A stretch of 64,000 nt of DNA from a candidate division WOR-3 bacterium. Lineage in GTDB: Bacteria > Hydrothermota > 32-111. The DNA lies in contig JBBFKX010000003.1 in the NCBI GenBank assembly GCA_037481815.1, forward strand, positions 160,001 to 224,000, read 5' to 3'. How positions within the stretch are numbered: position 1 is the stretch's first letter; the number at the start of each line of letters is the position of its first letter. Shown here in pieces: positions 51,596-61,495 of the stretch. The translations under genes were made by a program, and so were the position numbers. The notes beneath the pieces are model-generated. The model ran no database searches. It saw only the letters and a program-made list of their open reading frames with translations, and had not been told where the DNA came from.

Positions 51596-52831
51596 ATGAA
51601 AAAATTTGTTATACTGTTCGTTTTAATTCTTTCATCGTTTTTATACATTTTTGCTCAAACATCACTCGAAGATGCCCTCTTGAAAACAAGAACCTCATCG
51701 ATCGATTTTAAATTGAAGGTGATCGAAAGAGACATTAACAACAAAGCACTTCTGAATTCTCTGCCATCAATTTTACCATACATAGCATACTCCGTTTCAA
51801 TAGATTCATCAAACTATTCGAACTGGAACTACTCACAGTCGATATCTTTAAGTCAAACGATTTTTAACCTTCCATCATTTTTAAGTATCTTCAAAAACAA
51901 AGAGTACTCAGATATTGCGAACCTTTTATATTTAAAAGGTCTGAACGATATGATTCAACAGATTATAGAATCGTATTTTAACCTTTTATCCTATCAGATA
52001 AAACTTGAAACCGATTCAACGATAATCTCGTTTGAGGAAACAAATTTAAAAAAGAATAAAATCCTTTATGAAAATGGGCTTCTATCAGAATCAAATTTTT
52101 TACAGATTGAGTCAAACTATTATTCTCTTCTCTTTTCTTACGAAAAGGATAAGATAACCTATCAAACATACCTTGAGGAATTCATAAATTTAACCGGAAT
52201 AAAATCTCCGGGAAAACTTTTAGATATAGATACTTTTCCTGAAATATCTTTTTTTGATATCGATCAAACAAAAATCTTAAAAAATCTTCCAGAATATCTG
52301 ATAGCAAAAAAAAATTACACTGTTTCTGAAGAAGAAAGGATCATATCCTATGCAGAATTTTTTCCAAAAGCATCATTGAATGTTTCCTACGGTTTGGTGG
52401 ACACAACATACAGATTCAATCTGAATAACCTATTAGATAGTTCAACTGTTAGATTTGGAATATCCGTTTCATTTCCCGTTTTTACAGGATTTTCACGTAG
52501 TTTAAATGTTATTCAAAAAAATTACTCACAGAAGAGCGCTTATCTTAACTTTTTAAAAACAGAGGAAAGTTTAAAACTTGAAATAAACAATTTCGATAAC
52601 AGAATAAAACTTTCAAAAAATTTCCTTGAGAGTTCAAAAAAACTTTATGAATCAGCACAAAAGAATTTTGATAAAGCAAAAATCCTTTTGCAGAACGGGG
52701 AGTTGAACATAACAGATTATACAACGATTGAAAAAACATACATTGAAAGTCTGGTAAACTTTCTAAATTCAAAAAAAGAGTATTACAAGACATATTATAG
52801 ATACCTTTATTTAATAAGGAGGATAAGGTGA
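51596..52831 (+). CDS. TolC family outer membrane efflux protein
   Basis: Signal peptide, AEFFPKASL and GISVSFPVFTG; first gene of an MFP/ABC operon. Confidence 0.8.
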   Translation: MKKFVILFVLILSSFLYIFAQTSLEDALLKTRTSSIDFKLKVIERDINNKALLNSLPSILPYIAYSVSIDSSNYSNWNYSQSISLSQTIFNLPSFLSIFKNKEYSDIANLLYLKGLNDMIQQIIESYFNLLSYQIKLETDSTIISFEETNLKKNKILYENGLLSESNFLQIESNYYSLLFSYEKDKITYQTYLEEFINLTGIKSPGKLLDIDTFPEISFFDIDQTKILKNLPEYLIAKKNYTVSEEERIISYAEFFPKASLNVSYGLVDTTYRFNLNNLLDSSTVRFGISVSFPVFTGFSRSLNVIQKNYSQKSAYLNFLKTEESLKLEINNFDNRIKLSKNFLESSKKLYESAQKNFDKAKILLQNGELNITDYTTIEKTYIESLVNFLNSKKEYYKTYYRYLYLIRRIR

Positions 52832-54003
52832 AAATTTTTAAGAAGAAAAGAACATACATTATACTGGTTATTGTTTTGATAATTTTATTTCTTGTATTTG
52901 GAAAGAAAAAAAATATTGTCACAGTTGAAATTTCAGAGATAACACTCGATACGATAGAAGAGATGGTTAACGCTTCTGGTGCTCTCGAACCATTCGTTGA
53001 TGTTGAAATCTCCTCTGATATAATGGGAAAATGCTTAAAAATATTTGTGAAAGAAGGTGATTTTGTAAAAAAAGGTACTCCACTTTTAAAAATTGACGAC
53101 ATATCACAACAGGCAAGGTTGAAGGAGTCAGAAACAGCTTTAAACTATGCTCAATCAAATTTTGATTATGTTTCATATAAGTTTGAAAACCAGAAAAAAC
53201 TCTATGAACAGAATCTTATTTCTAAATCTGAATTCACTCTCGCTGAACTCGAATATAAAAACAGTTTGAACCTTTTAACCTCTGCAAAATCATCCTATGA
53301 GATAGCAAAAGATAATCTCGAAAAAACCATCATCAGATCTCCCATAGACGGAACTGTTACCGCTATATATGTTGAAGAAGGTGAAAATATAATAACAGGA
53401 ACAATGAACAACGCTGGCACCGTTCTCATGACGATTTCGAACAACCAGAAATTGATAGTTAAAGCGAACGTTGATGAAACATCGATTTCTAAAGTAAGAA
53501 ATGGAAATGTTGCAAAAGTTGTTTTCGATGCTTTCCCCGAAAAAACTTTCACAGGAAAGGTTTTTGTTAAAGCAAATAGACCAAAATACTCTGTTTCTTC
53601 ATCCTCATCATCCGCGTTTTCATCATCAACTTCAACCGCCGTTGAATACGAAGTCAAAATCATTCTTGATGATTCACCAGATAACAACCTTTTGGTTTCT
53701 GGTATGAGTTGTGATGTCGATATAGTGACTCTCAAAAAGGATAGTACCCTGTCGATTCCGATCCAATCGATGGTCAACAGGGAGAACAAAGAGGGTGTTT
53801 TTAAATATTCTGGAGGAAAGATCAAATTTGTTCCCGTTAAAACTGGTATCACAGGAAATTTGAAAACAGAAATATTTTCAGATAGTTTGAAATCTGGAGA
53901 TTCAATAGTAAGTGGACCTTTTCTGTCATTCAAATTTCTCAAAGATGGCTTAAAGGTAAAAATTTCTTCTGAAAAGAGATTTCCATCAGGGAGAAAAAGA
54001 TGA
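52828..54003 (+). CDS. MacA-like periplasmic adaptor (membrane fusion protein)
   Basis: VKEGDFVKKG, IRSPIDGTV, VDETSI and VFDAFP. Confidence 0.9.
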   Translation: MKIFKKKRTYIILVIVLIILFLVFGKKKNIVTVEISEITLDTIEEMVNASGALEPFVDVEISSDIMGKCLKIFVKEGDFVKKGTPLLKIDDISQQARLKESETALNYAQSNFDYVSYKFENQKKLYEQNLISKSEFTLAELEYKNSLNLLTSAKSSYEIAKDNLEKTIIRSPIDGTVTAIYVEEGENIITGTMNNAGTVLMTISNNQKLIVKANVDETSISKVRNGNVAKVVFDAFPEKTFTGKVFVKANRPKYSVSSSSSSAFSSSTSTAVEYEVKIILDDSPDNNLLVSGMSCDVDIVTLKKDSTLSIPIQSMVNRENKEGVFKYSGGKIKFVPVKTGITGNLKTEIFSDSLKSGDSIVSGPFLSFKFLKDGLKVKISSEKRFPSGRKR

Positions 54004-55217
54004 TAGAACTTTTTCTCGAAAGTTTAAGGGTCAGTCTCGATTCAATAAGAAGCAACAAACTCAGAAGTTTTTTAACAACACTTGGAATAATCATTGGAGT
54101 TATGACGGTTATAATAGTTGTTTCAATTATCGCTGGATTAGAATCAAAAGTTCAACAGGTATTTTCAACTATAGGTTCAAACGTTATCTATGTTGAAAGG
54201 TTTCCGTGGGTTTCGATGGGACCAAACGATTGGAGAAGATCGTTTAGAAACTATGTTGATTTTAACGATTACAAAATGGTCAAACAGATGATAAGATCAG
54301 CAGAGGATGTTGGAATTTCAATTTCAAGAAGGTTTCTTGTAAAATATAAAGGTGAAAGATTGGAAGCGGTCAACGTTTCGGGAATTTCAGAGAATTCTTT
54401 TAAAATTGAAAATATCTCTATCGACATAGGTATTCCAATATCATCCGATGATATCAAATATAGAAGGAATGTTTGTGTTATAGGGAAAGATATTCAAAAA
54501 AATCTTTTCAAAAATGAAAACCCGATAGGAAAACTTCTAACAGTTGATGGAAGAAAGTATATTGTAATAGGTGTAACAACAGAAAAAGGTTCAATTTTTG
54601 GACAATCGATGGATGAGGTTGTATACATTCCTTACACAACTCTTATAAAATACTATGGGGATGAGTCAAGAAGGATATCGATAATGGTGAGAAGTTTTAA
54701 TCCTGATGAAACGATAGAAGAGTTGAGATGGATCATGAGATTGTCACATTCACTAAAACCAAAAGATCCTGATAATTTTCATATAAACACTCAGGACGCG
54801 CTGATCAGTCAGTGGAAATCTCTTACGACAGCAATATTTTTTGTTATGATAGCAGTTGGAACTTTGTCTTTGATAGTTGGGGGAATAGGAATAATGAACA
54901 TAATGCTCGTCTCGGTTTCCGAAAGAACAAGAGAGATAGGAATAAGGAAATCAATAGGAGCAAAAAACCGTGAGATACTTTTACAGTTTTTGTTTGAATC
55001 GATTACTATATCTCTCACTGGAGGAATCATAGGTATAATTACCGGTTTTTTAATCTCGTTTACTATCTCAAAATTCACAAATTTGCCTTTTGCGATTCCT
55101 TTATGGTCTGTTCTTTTAGGTTTTACCTTCTCTTTTTCAGCAGGACTTTTCTTCGGAATCCTTCCGTCAAGAAAGGCCGCATCACTCGATCCGGTGGAGT
55201 GTTTGAGATATGAGTAA
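54000..55217 (+). CDS. MacB-like ABC permease
   Basis: NKLRSFLTTLGIIIGV, VGGIGIMNIMLVSVSERTREIGIRK and AASLDPVECLRYE. Confidence 0.93.
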   Translation: MIELFLESLRVSLDSIRSNKLRSFLTTLGIIIGVMTVIIVVSIIAGLESKVQQVFSTIGSNVIYVERFPWVSMGPNDWRRSFRNYVDFNDYKMVKQMIRSAEDVGISISRRFLVKYKGERLEAVNVSGISENSFKIENISIDIGIPISSDDIKYRRNVCVIGKDIQKNLFKNENPIGKLLTVDGRKYIVIGVTTEKGSIFGQSMDEVVYIPYTTLIKYYGDESRRISIMVRSFNPDETIEELRWIMRLSHSLKPKDPDNFHINTQDALISQWKSLTTAIFFVMIAVGTLSLIVGGIGIMNIMLVSVSERTREIGIRKSIGAKNREILLQFLFESITISLTGGIIGIITGFLISFTISKFTNLPFAIPLWSVLLGFTFSFSAGLFFGILPSRKAASLDPVECLRYE

Positions 55218-55881
55218 CATAATAGAAATGTTTCATATAAAAAAATATTATCCCTTTAAAGGTGGTTATGTTGAAGCTTTAAAGGATATCAACCTAACGA
55301 TTTCTGAAGGAGAATTTTTATCGATAATGGGACCATCTGGTTCTGGAAAATCAACACTTATGCATATCCTTGGGTGTTTAGATAAACCAACTGGTGGAAC
55401 CTATCTTTTAAATGGAAACGATACATCAAAATATGACGATGACAAACTTGCAGAGATCAGAAACAAATATATAGGTTTTGTTTTTCAAAGTTATAATCTC
55501 CTTCCGAAAACAACCGCGTTAAGAAATGTTGAAATGCCTATGATCTATGCAAAAGTCAAAAGAAATGAACGTATCAGAAAAGCGAAGGAACTCCTTGAAC
55601 TTGTGGGGCTATCCCATAGAATACACCATCTTCCATCGGAGATGTCAGGTGGAGAAAGACAGAGAGTTTCAATAGCAAGATCTCTTGCAAATGATCCCCA
55701 GTTCATACTTGCTGATGAACCAACAGGTAACCTTGATTCAAAAATGTCAGACGAGATAATGAAAATTTTAAGGGAACTCAATCAGAAAGGAAAAACAATA
55801 ATAATAGTTACACACGAACCCGATGTTGCCAGAAAGACAGATAGAATAATCCATATCAAAGATGGTTTGATAATAGATTAA
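55210..55881 (+). CDS. ABC transporter ATP-binding protein (MacB/LolD type)
   Basis: GPSGSGKS, MSGGERQR and LADEPTGNLD. Confidence 0.95.
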   Translation: MSNIIEMFHIKKYYPFKGGYVEALKDINLTISEGEFLSIMGPSGSGKSTLMHILGCLDKPTGGTYLLNGNDTSKYDDDKLAEIRNKYIGFVFQSYNLLPKTTALRNVEMPMIYAKVKRNERIRKAKELLELVGLSHRIHHLPSEMSGGERQRVSIARSLANDPQFILADEPTGNLDSKMSDEIMKILRELNQKGKTIIIVTHEPDVARKTDRIIHIKDGLIID

Positions 55882-55893
55882 TTTTTCAATTTG

Positions 55894-55921
55894 TTGACAT
55901 TTATTTTATAGGTATTATAAT
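55894..55921 (+). promoter_or_regulatory. Consensus sigma70-type promoter of the diguanylate cyclase operon
   Basis: TTGACA (55894-55899), 16 bp, TATAAT (55916-55921); ATG follows after 8 nt. Confidence 0.75.
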
Positions 55922-55929
55922 GATTTTAT

Positions 55930-57951
55930 ATGAAACCTGTTGTAAGTAAATTCTTGGGTTCAGAAAACGAAAAAGATTTCATTGATGCAATAAATTTTTT
56001 TTTAAAAGAGTACTATATAAAAAATCTTTTTTTAAGTTTAAAAACACAGAACGGTTTTTATTTCTATTCAACACTAAAAAAGGATAAGACATTTTCAGAA
56101 ACAAAAGAACTATACAATTTTAAAAGGATTTCTGTCGAAGAAAAGGAACAGATCAACAGGATAGATTCCCTTTTATATGATATAAGGATTGGTGATGAAG
56201 TGGTTTTACAAAGTGGAAACCATTATATCTTTCTCACTGATAAACAGGAAGAATTGTTTTTGATTTTTCAGAATGAAGGGGAAATATATGATGAAAGAAA
56301 AAATCTTGAAATGCTTGAAATTCTTCCATCAATAAAAAATGGCTTAACAAAGATATATCTTTTGCAGAAACTAAATTCAGAGAAAGATATAGAGGAAAAG
56401 ATCGCAACCGTTAATAAAAAATTGTATACATTACAACAGTTAACCCTTCTTCTCCAATCGACTTTTGATTTTGAAAAGATTCTTAACATAATAACAAAGG
56501 CAATAAGTTCATCCCTCGGCTTTTCGGTTGTTTTAGTTTCCCTTTATAATGAAAAAGAAGATTCGATGGAAAGGGTCGCACAGAACGGTTTGAATGAGAA
56601 GGTTTTTGAAAAGTTGAAAAAACAAAAGGTTCCTTTTTCAACTATAAAAAATCTGATGCAGGAAAAATTTAGAATATCAAAATCATACTATATAAACCAT
56701 AAAGAGATGAACCTTGACCAGATCGATAAAACTCTAAATGAGATCGCTTATGTGATCCCTGAGGAGCGACCTGACGAATATGTAAACTGGCATCCCGAAG
56801 ATATACTCATAATACCACTCTATTCAAAAGAAAACAGGATACTTGGTATCATCACCGTTGATAAACCCATAAATAAGTATGTTAACCTTCTTGAATCGAT
56901 AGAAATTTTAGAATCGTTCGCTCAAACAGCAGCAATTTCACTTGAAAATGCTAAACTCTTTTCGAGGATGGAACAACTCATAAAAAATCTTGAAAAAGTA
57001 TCCACAATCTCCGCTTTGATGAACTCTCATATACAACTTGATGATCTTTTGAACCATTTTGTAAAATCTATAAAAGAGAATTTTCCACATTACAATACCT
57101 CAATAATTTTATATAACGAATTCAACGAACTTGAGATAAAAGCGTTTTCAGGATATAACGAAAAATATATAGAACGGATCAACGAGATGCTGAAGATGGG
57201 TGAAGGTATCGTTGGATGGGTTGCAGAGCATAAAACTCCGGTTCATGTAAAGGATACCCGTTCGGACCCAAGATTCGTCGGACGGCTTGATATATCGATG
57301 TCCGAGATTGCGGTTCCATTACAACTCTCTTCAGGTATGATTGGAATATTAGATATAGAAAGTGAAGGGATCAACTCACTTGACGAAAACGATTTTAGAA
57401 TCATCTCAATCCTTGCTTCACACCTATCTGTTTCAATAGATAATACATTCAAATATGAGGAAACAAAAAGAATCGCAAACACCGATCCTTTAACGGATAT
57501 GTATAACTACCGTTTCTTCATCGAAAAACTTAAAGATGAACTCGAACGATCCAGAAAACTTTCCATTCCTCTTTCCATACTTATGCTTGATATCGATTAC
57601 TTTAAAGAGATAAACGATAACTATGGTCATATGGTTGGAGACATGATCATAAGAGAACTCGCTCAACTCCTTTCAAAAACTGTCAGAAAAGGTGATATTG
57701 TTACAAGATATGGTGGAGATGAGTTTTTCATAATTTTACCCGGAACAGGTAAACAGTTTACACATTCGATAGCGGAAAAGATAAACAAACTTGTTAAAAG
57801 AACAAATTTCACAAACGGCATCAAGATCACAGTATCCGTTGGAACAGTTACATATCCTGATGATGGGGACAGTGTAGAAACACTACTCAAATGGGTTGAT
57901 GATGCCCTTTACGATGCCAAAAGAAAAGGAAGAGATAGAATCAATGGGTAG
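55930..57951 (+). CDS. GAF-GAF-GGDEF diguanylate cyclase
   Basis: Two GAF domains; TDPLT, DIDYFKEINDNYGH, I-site RKGD and intact RYGGDEF. Confidence 0.92.
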   Translation: MKPVVSKFLGSENEKDFIDAINFFLKEYYIKNLFLSLKTQNGFYFYSTLKKDKTFSETKELYNFKRISVEEKEQINRIDSLLYDIRIGDEVVLQSGNHYIFLTDKQEELFLIFQNEGEIYDERKNLEMLEILPSIKNGLTKIYLLQKLNSEKDIEEKIATVNKKLYTLQQLTLLLQSTFDFEKILNIITKAISSSLGFSVVLVSLYNEKEDSMERVAQNGLNEKVFEKLKKQKVPFSTIKNLMQEKFRISKSYYINHKEMNLDQIDKTLNEIAYVIPEERPDEYVNWHPEDILIIPLYSKENRILGIITVDKPINKYVNLLESIEILESFAQTAAISLENAKLFSRMEQLIKNLEKVSTISALMNSHIQLDDLLNHFVKSIKENFPHYNTSIILYNEFNELEIKAFSGYNEKYIERINEMLKMGEGIVGWVAEHKTPVHVKDTRSDPRFVGRLDISMSEIAVPLQLSSGMIGILDIESEGINSLDENDFRIISILASHLSVSIDNTFKYEETKRIANTDPLTDMYNYRFFIEKLKDELERSRKLSIPLSILMLDIDYFKEINDNYGHMVGDMIIRELAQLLSKTVRKGDIVTRYGGDEFFIILPGTGKQFTHSIAEKINKLVKRTNFTNGIKITVSVGTVTYPDDGDSVETLLKWVDDALYDAKRKGRDRING

Positions 57952-59163
57952 GTGATGAATAAAAACCCATTCTTTTTCAAATCATACTTTTTTGTTGCAT
58001 TGATAGTTGTATCTTTGGCATCCTTTCTCTTCATTCAGGATATAATATTTAAACTCGAAGAAAAATCTTTGATACAATCAAGAATTTTCGCAAGGTATGC
58101 AACCGGAATCACTGAGAATCAAACTTCTAAAAGCGAGGAAATAATTTTTGAGGAGATCATAAAAAATATTTCTTTTCCAATAGTTTTAACTGATACATCC
58201 GGTTATCCAATTTCCTGGAGAAATGTTGGTTATCTAGATACCGTTTTTGAAATTGAAAATAATCCAAAATACCTTGCTGACTTAAAAAAAATAGTTGAAA
58301 AACTTGATAGCGAGAAAAGACCGTTTAAACTTGTATACAACTCAAAAGTCCTTGCTATCATACACATGGGAGAAGATCCACTCTATAAAAAACTCCAGTT
58401 CGCTCCATTCTTTCAGGTGATAGTTTCCTCTATTTTTCTTCTTATAGGAATTTATGCTTTTCTTTTATACAGAAAGAGTGAGGACAACATAATTTGGGCG
58501 GGAATGGCAAAGGAAACAGCCCATCAGATTGGAACCCCTCTAACATCTCTGAAAACATGGATATACATGTTAAAAGAAAAACAAGCCATTGATAAAAATA
58601 TAGTTGATGGAATCGAAGAGGACTGTTCACGTCTTGAAACCGTCTCTAACAGATTCAACAAAATCGGTTCAAATCCTGTTTTTGAGATAACAAATTTAAA
58701 AGAACTCATAGATGATGTTTCCTCTTATTTCAAAAAAAGAGTTCCAACAACAGGTAAAAATAAAATTTCGATTGAAACAAAACTGGATGGGGACGAACTG
58801 GTAACCGTTGATAAAGAACTTTTCAAATGGGCTTTAGAGAATTTGATCAAAAACAGTATAGATTCCTTAAAAAATATTCCGGACGGGAAAATAAAAATAG
58901 AAACAAAAAATGAAAATAACCGAGTTCTTATAAGAATATCGGATAATGGTGTTGGTATCGAAAGAAAAAATATTGAAAATATATTCAAAATTGGATTCAC
59001 AACCAAAAAGTTTGGCTGGGGACTTGGTCTTCCTCTTGCGAAAAAAATAATTGAAGATTTCCATAAAGGAAAACTGATACTTGAAAGAACCGCAGTTAAC
59101 GATGGAACAACTTTTTTAATAATACTTGATAAAGATGAGAAAAAGAATTTTATGGATCGATGA
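57952..59163 (+). CDS. Membrane-bound sensor histidine kinase
   Basis: Two TM segments, ETAHQIGTPL H-box, ENLIKNS, DNGVG and FTTKKFGWGLGL. Confidence 0.93.
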   Translation: MMNKNPFFFKSYFFVALIVVSLASFLFIQDIIFKLEEKSLIQSRIFARYATGITENQTSKSEEIIFEEIIKNISFPIVLTDTSGYPISWRNVGYLDTVFEIENNPKYLADLKKIVEKLDSEKRPFKLVYNSKVLAIIHMGEDPLYKKLQFAPFFQVIVSSIFLLIGIYAFLLYRKSEDNIIWAGMAKETAHQIGTPLTSLKTWIYMLKEKQAIDKNIVDGIEEDCSRLETVSNRFNKIGSNPVFEITNLKELIDDVSSYFKKRVPTTGKNKISIETKLDGDELVTVDKELFKWALENLIKNSIDSLKNIPDGKIKIETKNENNRVLIRISDNGVGIERKNIENIFKIGFTTKKFGWGLGLPLAKKIIEDFHKGKLILERTAVNDGTTFLIILDKDEKKNFMDR

Positions 59164-60673
59164 TCAGATCGATAATCTCAAATCACTTTCAACCTTTCTG
59201 GAAAATGAGGGTTATGAAGTGATACCATCATCGAGTGGACTGGATGGATTTGAAAAAGTAAAAACAGAAAAATTCGATTTGATAATCCTGGATCAGTATA
59301 TGCCTGGACTTGATGGAATTGAAACACTATCCCTTTTAAAGGAGTATTCTTCAAACATTCCCGTAATAATGGTTACAAAAGCCGATGATAAAGATATAAT
59401 AAAAAATGCGATATCGTTAAAAATAAACGATTATCTGATAAAACCGATCAACGCGATGCAACTGTTGACAACGATCAAAAGGATACTTGAAAATAAAAAA
59501 ATAATATCTGACAGTATAGGAGAAAGATATTCAAACTTTTTGAAAAAAGTTGAAATTTATTTAAACAGAGATCCCTCTTTAGAATCATTTTTTGAACTCC
59601 ATCGCATCTCTTCTTCGATGAATATTGTTTTAAACGAATTTTTAAAAAAGGAAATTTTAACATTACACGAGCAAACGAAAGATAATATGAACAAAGTTTT
59701 TGCAAAATTTGTTAGCAAAAATTATCCCAATTTTTTAAAAGATAAAAGTTTAACTTTTTCACATAGATTGTTCGAACACAAAGTTTTTCCAATATTAAAA
59801 CAGAATAAAAAAATTCTGTTCATTCTTATAGATTGTATGAGATACGATCAATACCTTATTTTTGAGTCAACACTTTCAGAATATTTCAGAATTGTAAACG
59901 ATCATTATTTTTCAATCATTCCAACAGCAACACCGTTTAGCAGAAATTCCATTTTCAGTGGTTTTCTACCAGTTGAAATTTATAAAATATTTCCAGAAAG
60001 ATGGGAGTTTGAGGATACTTTATCCCAGAATCAATATGAGGACGAATTTTTAAAGTCACTCGCAAAGAAGAATGGAGTTGATAATGTTCATTATTCAAAA
60101 GTTTCAACTAACGAAAACCTTTCAAAGTATATTTCAAACTTTTCAAATTTAAAAAACAACACCTTAAATGTTCTTGTGATAAACATAATGGATATTTTTA
60201 CACATATAAGAAGTGAATCAAACATTCTAAAAGATATGCTTCCAGATGAAAGTTCCCTTCTTTTCCTCATGGGAGTATGGATAAAAACTTCTGGAATTCT
60301 TGAACTCATAGAAAAGAGCGTTGATAATGGGTTCACAATTTTTATAACTTCAGATCATGGTTCAATAGTCGCAAAAGATCCTATAATTTTAAACACAGGA
60401 AAAGATGTTTCCATAAATTTAAAATATAAATTCGGTTCATCTATCTCCCCTCAGAGTAAAGATCTGCTTGTTATCGATAAACCCGATGAATTCGGTCTGC
60501 CCATTCAAAAACCAAACGATAAATGGTATATAACTTTTGGAAACGGATACTTTGTATATTCTACAAAGTTGAACCAATACAAAAAAGAATATTACAACAC
60601 CTTTCAACATGGGGGTATATCGATGGAAGAGATGATTCTTCCAATAGGTATCATAGAAGGTAAATATGTATAA
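59135..60673 (+). CDS. PorX-like response regulator (REC plus PglZ alkaline-phosphatase-fold domain)
   Basis: ILWIDD, LDQYMPG and MVTK; PglZ motifs IDCMRYD, PTATPFSRNSIF, ITSDHG and FQHGGISMEEM. Confidence 0.88.
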   Translation: MRKRILWIDDQIDNLKSLSTFLENEGYEVIPSSSGLDGFEKVKTEKFDLIILDQYMPGLDGIETLSLLKEYSSNIPVIMVTKADDKDIIKNAISLKINDYLIKPINAMQLLTTIKRILENKKIISDSIGERYSNFLKKVEIYLNRDPSLESFFELHRISSSMNIVLNEFLKKEILTLHEQTKDNMNKVFAKFVSKNYPNFLKDKSLTFSHRLFEHKVFPILKQNKKILFILIDCMRYDQYLIFESTLSEYFRIVNDHYFSIIPTATPFSRNSIFSGFLPVEIYKIFPERWEFEDTLSQNQYEDEFLKSLAKKNGVDNVHYSKVSTNENLSKYISNFSNLKNNTLNVLVINIMDIFTHIRSESNILKDMLPDESSLLFLMGVWIKTSGILELIEKSVDNGFTIFITSDHGSIVAKDPIILNTGKDVSINLKYKFGSSISPQSKDLLVIDKPDEFGLPIQKPNDKWYITFGNGYFVYSTKLNQYKKEYYNTFQHGGISMEEMILPIGIIEGKYV

Positions 60674-60992
60674 GGTTATACTTTACATTAAAAATTTCCC
60701 GGTCTTCCTCGGGGTATATGAAGTTGAGAAGAAGAAAAAAAATCTTGTTGATATTCTGCTGGAGTATGAAGAAAAAGAATTCATAGATTATTTTGAAGTT
60801 TACGATACTGTTGAAACTCTGTTAAAAAACAATAAATTTTCACTCATTGAGGAAATGATCGAATATCTTGAAAAAGGGTTGAAAAAATTTTTCAAAGATA
60901 AAAACTCTTTCAGGTTGGTTGTTAAGAAAAATAAACCTTATAGAATGAAATACTGTTCTTATGTGGAGATGGAAAAATGCAAAAAGATATGA
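60666..60992 (+). CDS. folB: Divergent dihydroneopterin aldolase
   Basis: GVYEVE, IDYFEV, FSLIE and VKKNKP match the FolB pattern; directly upstream of folK. Confidence 0.6.
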   Translation: MYKVILYIKNFPVFLGVYEVEKKKKNLVDILLEYEEKEFIDYFEVYDTVETLLKNNKFSLIEEMIEYLEKGLKKFFKDKNSFRLVVKKNKPYRMKYCSYVEMEKCKKI

Positions 60993-61495
60993 TTCTTCTA
61001 TGTCTTGGTTCGAATATAGGTGATAGGGAAAAAAATATCTCTGATGCTATAAAACTGATCAAACTTAACAACATAAAAATCACAGGTTTTTCGAAATTGT
61101 ACAACACTGAACCTGTTGACTATGAAAACCAGAACGATTTTCTAAACATAATACTAAAAGTATCAACCGATTTTTCACCAGATGAACTTTTAAGGGTTGT
61201 AAAAAGGATAGAATATCTTATCGGAAGAAGAGAATCAAAAATAAAAAAGGGTCCGAGAATAATTGATATTGATATATTGTTTTACAATGATATAATAATT
61301 AATAGTGAGGAGTTGACAATCCCTCACAAAAGTGTTTTGGATAGATATTTTATAATAAAACTTTTGATGGACATCGATCCTGAATTTTTAATGCCAAAGT
61401 TTAACATAAAAGTGAAGGATGTTTATCAAAAGATTGATAAAAGTAAGAGAGTTGAAGAGTATAACATGAAAAGTTTAAAAGGAGTTTTATTTTGA
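60977..61495 (+). CDS. folK: 6-hydroxymethyl-7,8-dihydropterin pyrophosphokinase
   Basis: LGSNIGDR, QNDFLN, GPRIIDIDIL and LTIPH. Confidence 0.95.
   Translation: MQKDMILLCLGSNIGDREKNISDAIKLIKLNNIKITGFSKLYNTEPVDYENQNDFLNIILKVSTDFSPDELLRVVKRIEYLIGRRESKIKKGPRIIDIDILFYNDIIINSEELTIPHKSVLDRYFIIKLLMDIDPEFLMPKFNIKVKDVYQKIDKSKRVEEYNMKSLKGVLF

Noticed and set aside
53590..53640. Serine-rich tract (SVSSSSSSAFSSSTST) in the MacA-like protein
   Set aside because: Low-complexity loop with mixed codons; no sign of a contingency repeat.
59135..60673. PglZ domain as evidence of a BREX system
   Set aside because: It is fused to a receiver domain as in PorX, and no brxC, pglX or brxL genes are nearby.
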